Shown: one piece after another, positions 63,482-64,000 of the stretch | Numbering within the stretch: the stretch's first letter is position 1 | How the letters are laid out: the number at the start of each line of letters is the position of its first letter | From: Perna viridis | Taxonomy: Eukaryota | DNA length: 64,000 nt | NCBI GenBank assembly: GCA_037379345.1 | Contig: CM074514.1 | Coordinates: forward strand, 51,646,001 to 51,710,000 | Direction of reading: 5' to 3' | Program-made: the position numbers and the translations under genes | The notes under the pieces: model-generated | Database searches by the model: none | The model's input: the letters and a program-made list of their open reading frames with translations, nothing else | What the model was told of the DNA's origin: nothing

Positions 63482-63610
63482 CCTATAACTTGTAGCTTTG
63501 CCTGTGTCTTGTGTCAACAGTTTACCAACAGTTATCTGACCAGTAGATGGATTCATGTAGAAATAGTCTGTTACACCAGGACTAGGGACCATACTGTAGG
63601 TCAACACATC
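63482..63610 (-). CDS. cadherin exon 1 in window (core)
   Basis: cag|DVLTYSMVPSPGVTDYFYMNPSTGQITVGKLLTQDTGKATSYR|gtaggc, 129 nt. Confidence 0.9.
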
Positions 63611-64000
63611 CTGAAATACAAGGAATAGTCTGTTACACCAGGACTAGGGACCATACTGTAGGTCAACACATCCTGAAATACAAGGAATAGTCTGTTACAC
63701 CAGGACTAGGGACCATACTGTAGGTCAACACATCCTGAAATACAAGGAATAGTCTGTTACACCAGGACTAGGGACCATACTGTAGGTCAACACATCCTGA
63801 AATACAAGGAATAGTCTGTTACACCAGGACTAGGGACCATACTGTAGGTCAACACATCCTGAAAATACAAGGAATAGTCTGTTACACCAGGACTAGGGAC
63901 CATACTGTAGGTCAACACATCCTGAAATACAAGGAATAGTCTGTTACACCAGGACTAGGGACCATACTGTAGGTCAACACATCCTGAAAATACAAGGAAT
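63562..64000. repeat. 62-bp near-perfect tandem repeat (>=7 copies, runs off window) spanning the exon 1 acceptor
   Basis: aatagtctgttacaccaggactagggaccatactgtaggtcaacacatcctgaaatacaagg. Confidence 0.95.

Larger units (their letters stand above)
1296..63610 (-). other. Partial gene model: giant multi-exon cadherin (Fat/protocadherin-like ectodomain), 63 exons, ~3,444 aa, ~32-33 EC repeats, open at both window ends
   Basis: All exons below have GT/AG boundaries and lengths divisible by 3, and join in frame. Recurrent cadherin motifs: P-x-F..Y, E, A-x-D-x-D, Y..F-x-I/V...G-x-I, A-x-D-x-G-x-P. Orthology cannot be assigned from sequence alone. Confidence 0.95.

Noticed and set aside
1296-63610. 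Dscam-style mutually exclusive exon clusters or a clustered-protocadherin array
   Set aside because: Exons alternate core/linker without same-type neighbours and have no individual starts, which fits one linear ORF.
1296-63610. Assigning the symbol FAT4/ft or CDH23
   Set aside because: Linker motifs and exon structure differ, and the diagnostic EGF/LamG/cytoplasmic regions are not in the window.
8760-63628. Numerous short plus-strand ORFs antisense to exons
   Set aside because: Shadow ORFs of cadherin exons or AT-rich noise; no coherent plus-strand gene.

Overview
AT-rich animal genomic DNA. The interspersed-repeat landscape suggests a bivalve mollusc, but that is inference. The whole window is the interior of one minus-strand giant cadherin gene (Fat/protocadherin-like ectodomain). 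I traced 63 coding exons by hand (63610 down to 1296). All have GT-AG boundaries and are phase 0/0, and they splice into about 3,444 uninterrupted codons, roughly 32-33 extracellular cadherin (EC) repeats. No start, signal peptide, TM segment or stop lies in the window. Exons alternate strictly between a core exon (strands C-E, 39-49 aa) and a linker exon (strands F-G, linker, A-B, 59-66 aa), except for two fused exons. The linkers are non-canonical (R-N-x-x-x-P instead of DxNDN, no LDRE), and the repeats fall into two subfamily blocks with a two-domain period. The most unusual signal is that at least 11 exon-intron junctions have been tandemly duplicated into the intron, creating arrays of extra splice donors or acceptors, one of them a stop-free in-frame donor ladder. 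Introns also hold MITEs, HINE-like elements, SINE remnants and minisatellites. Coordinates were counted manually, and repeat boundaries are approximate.
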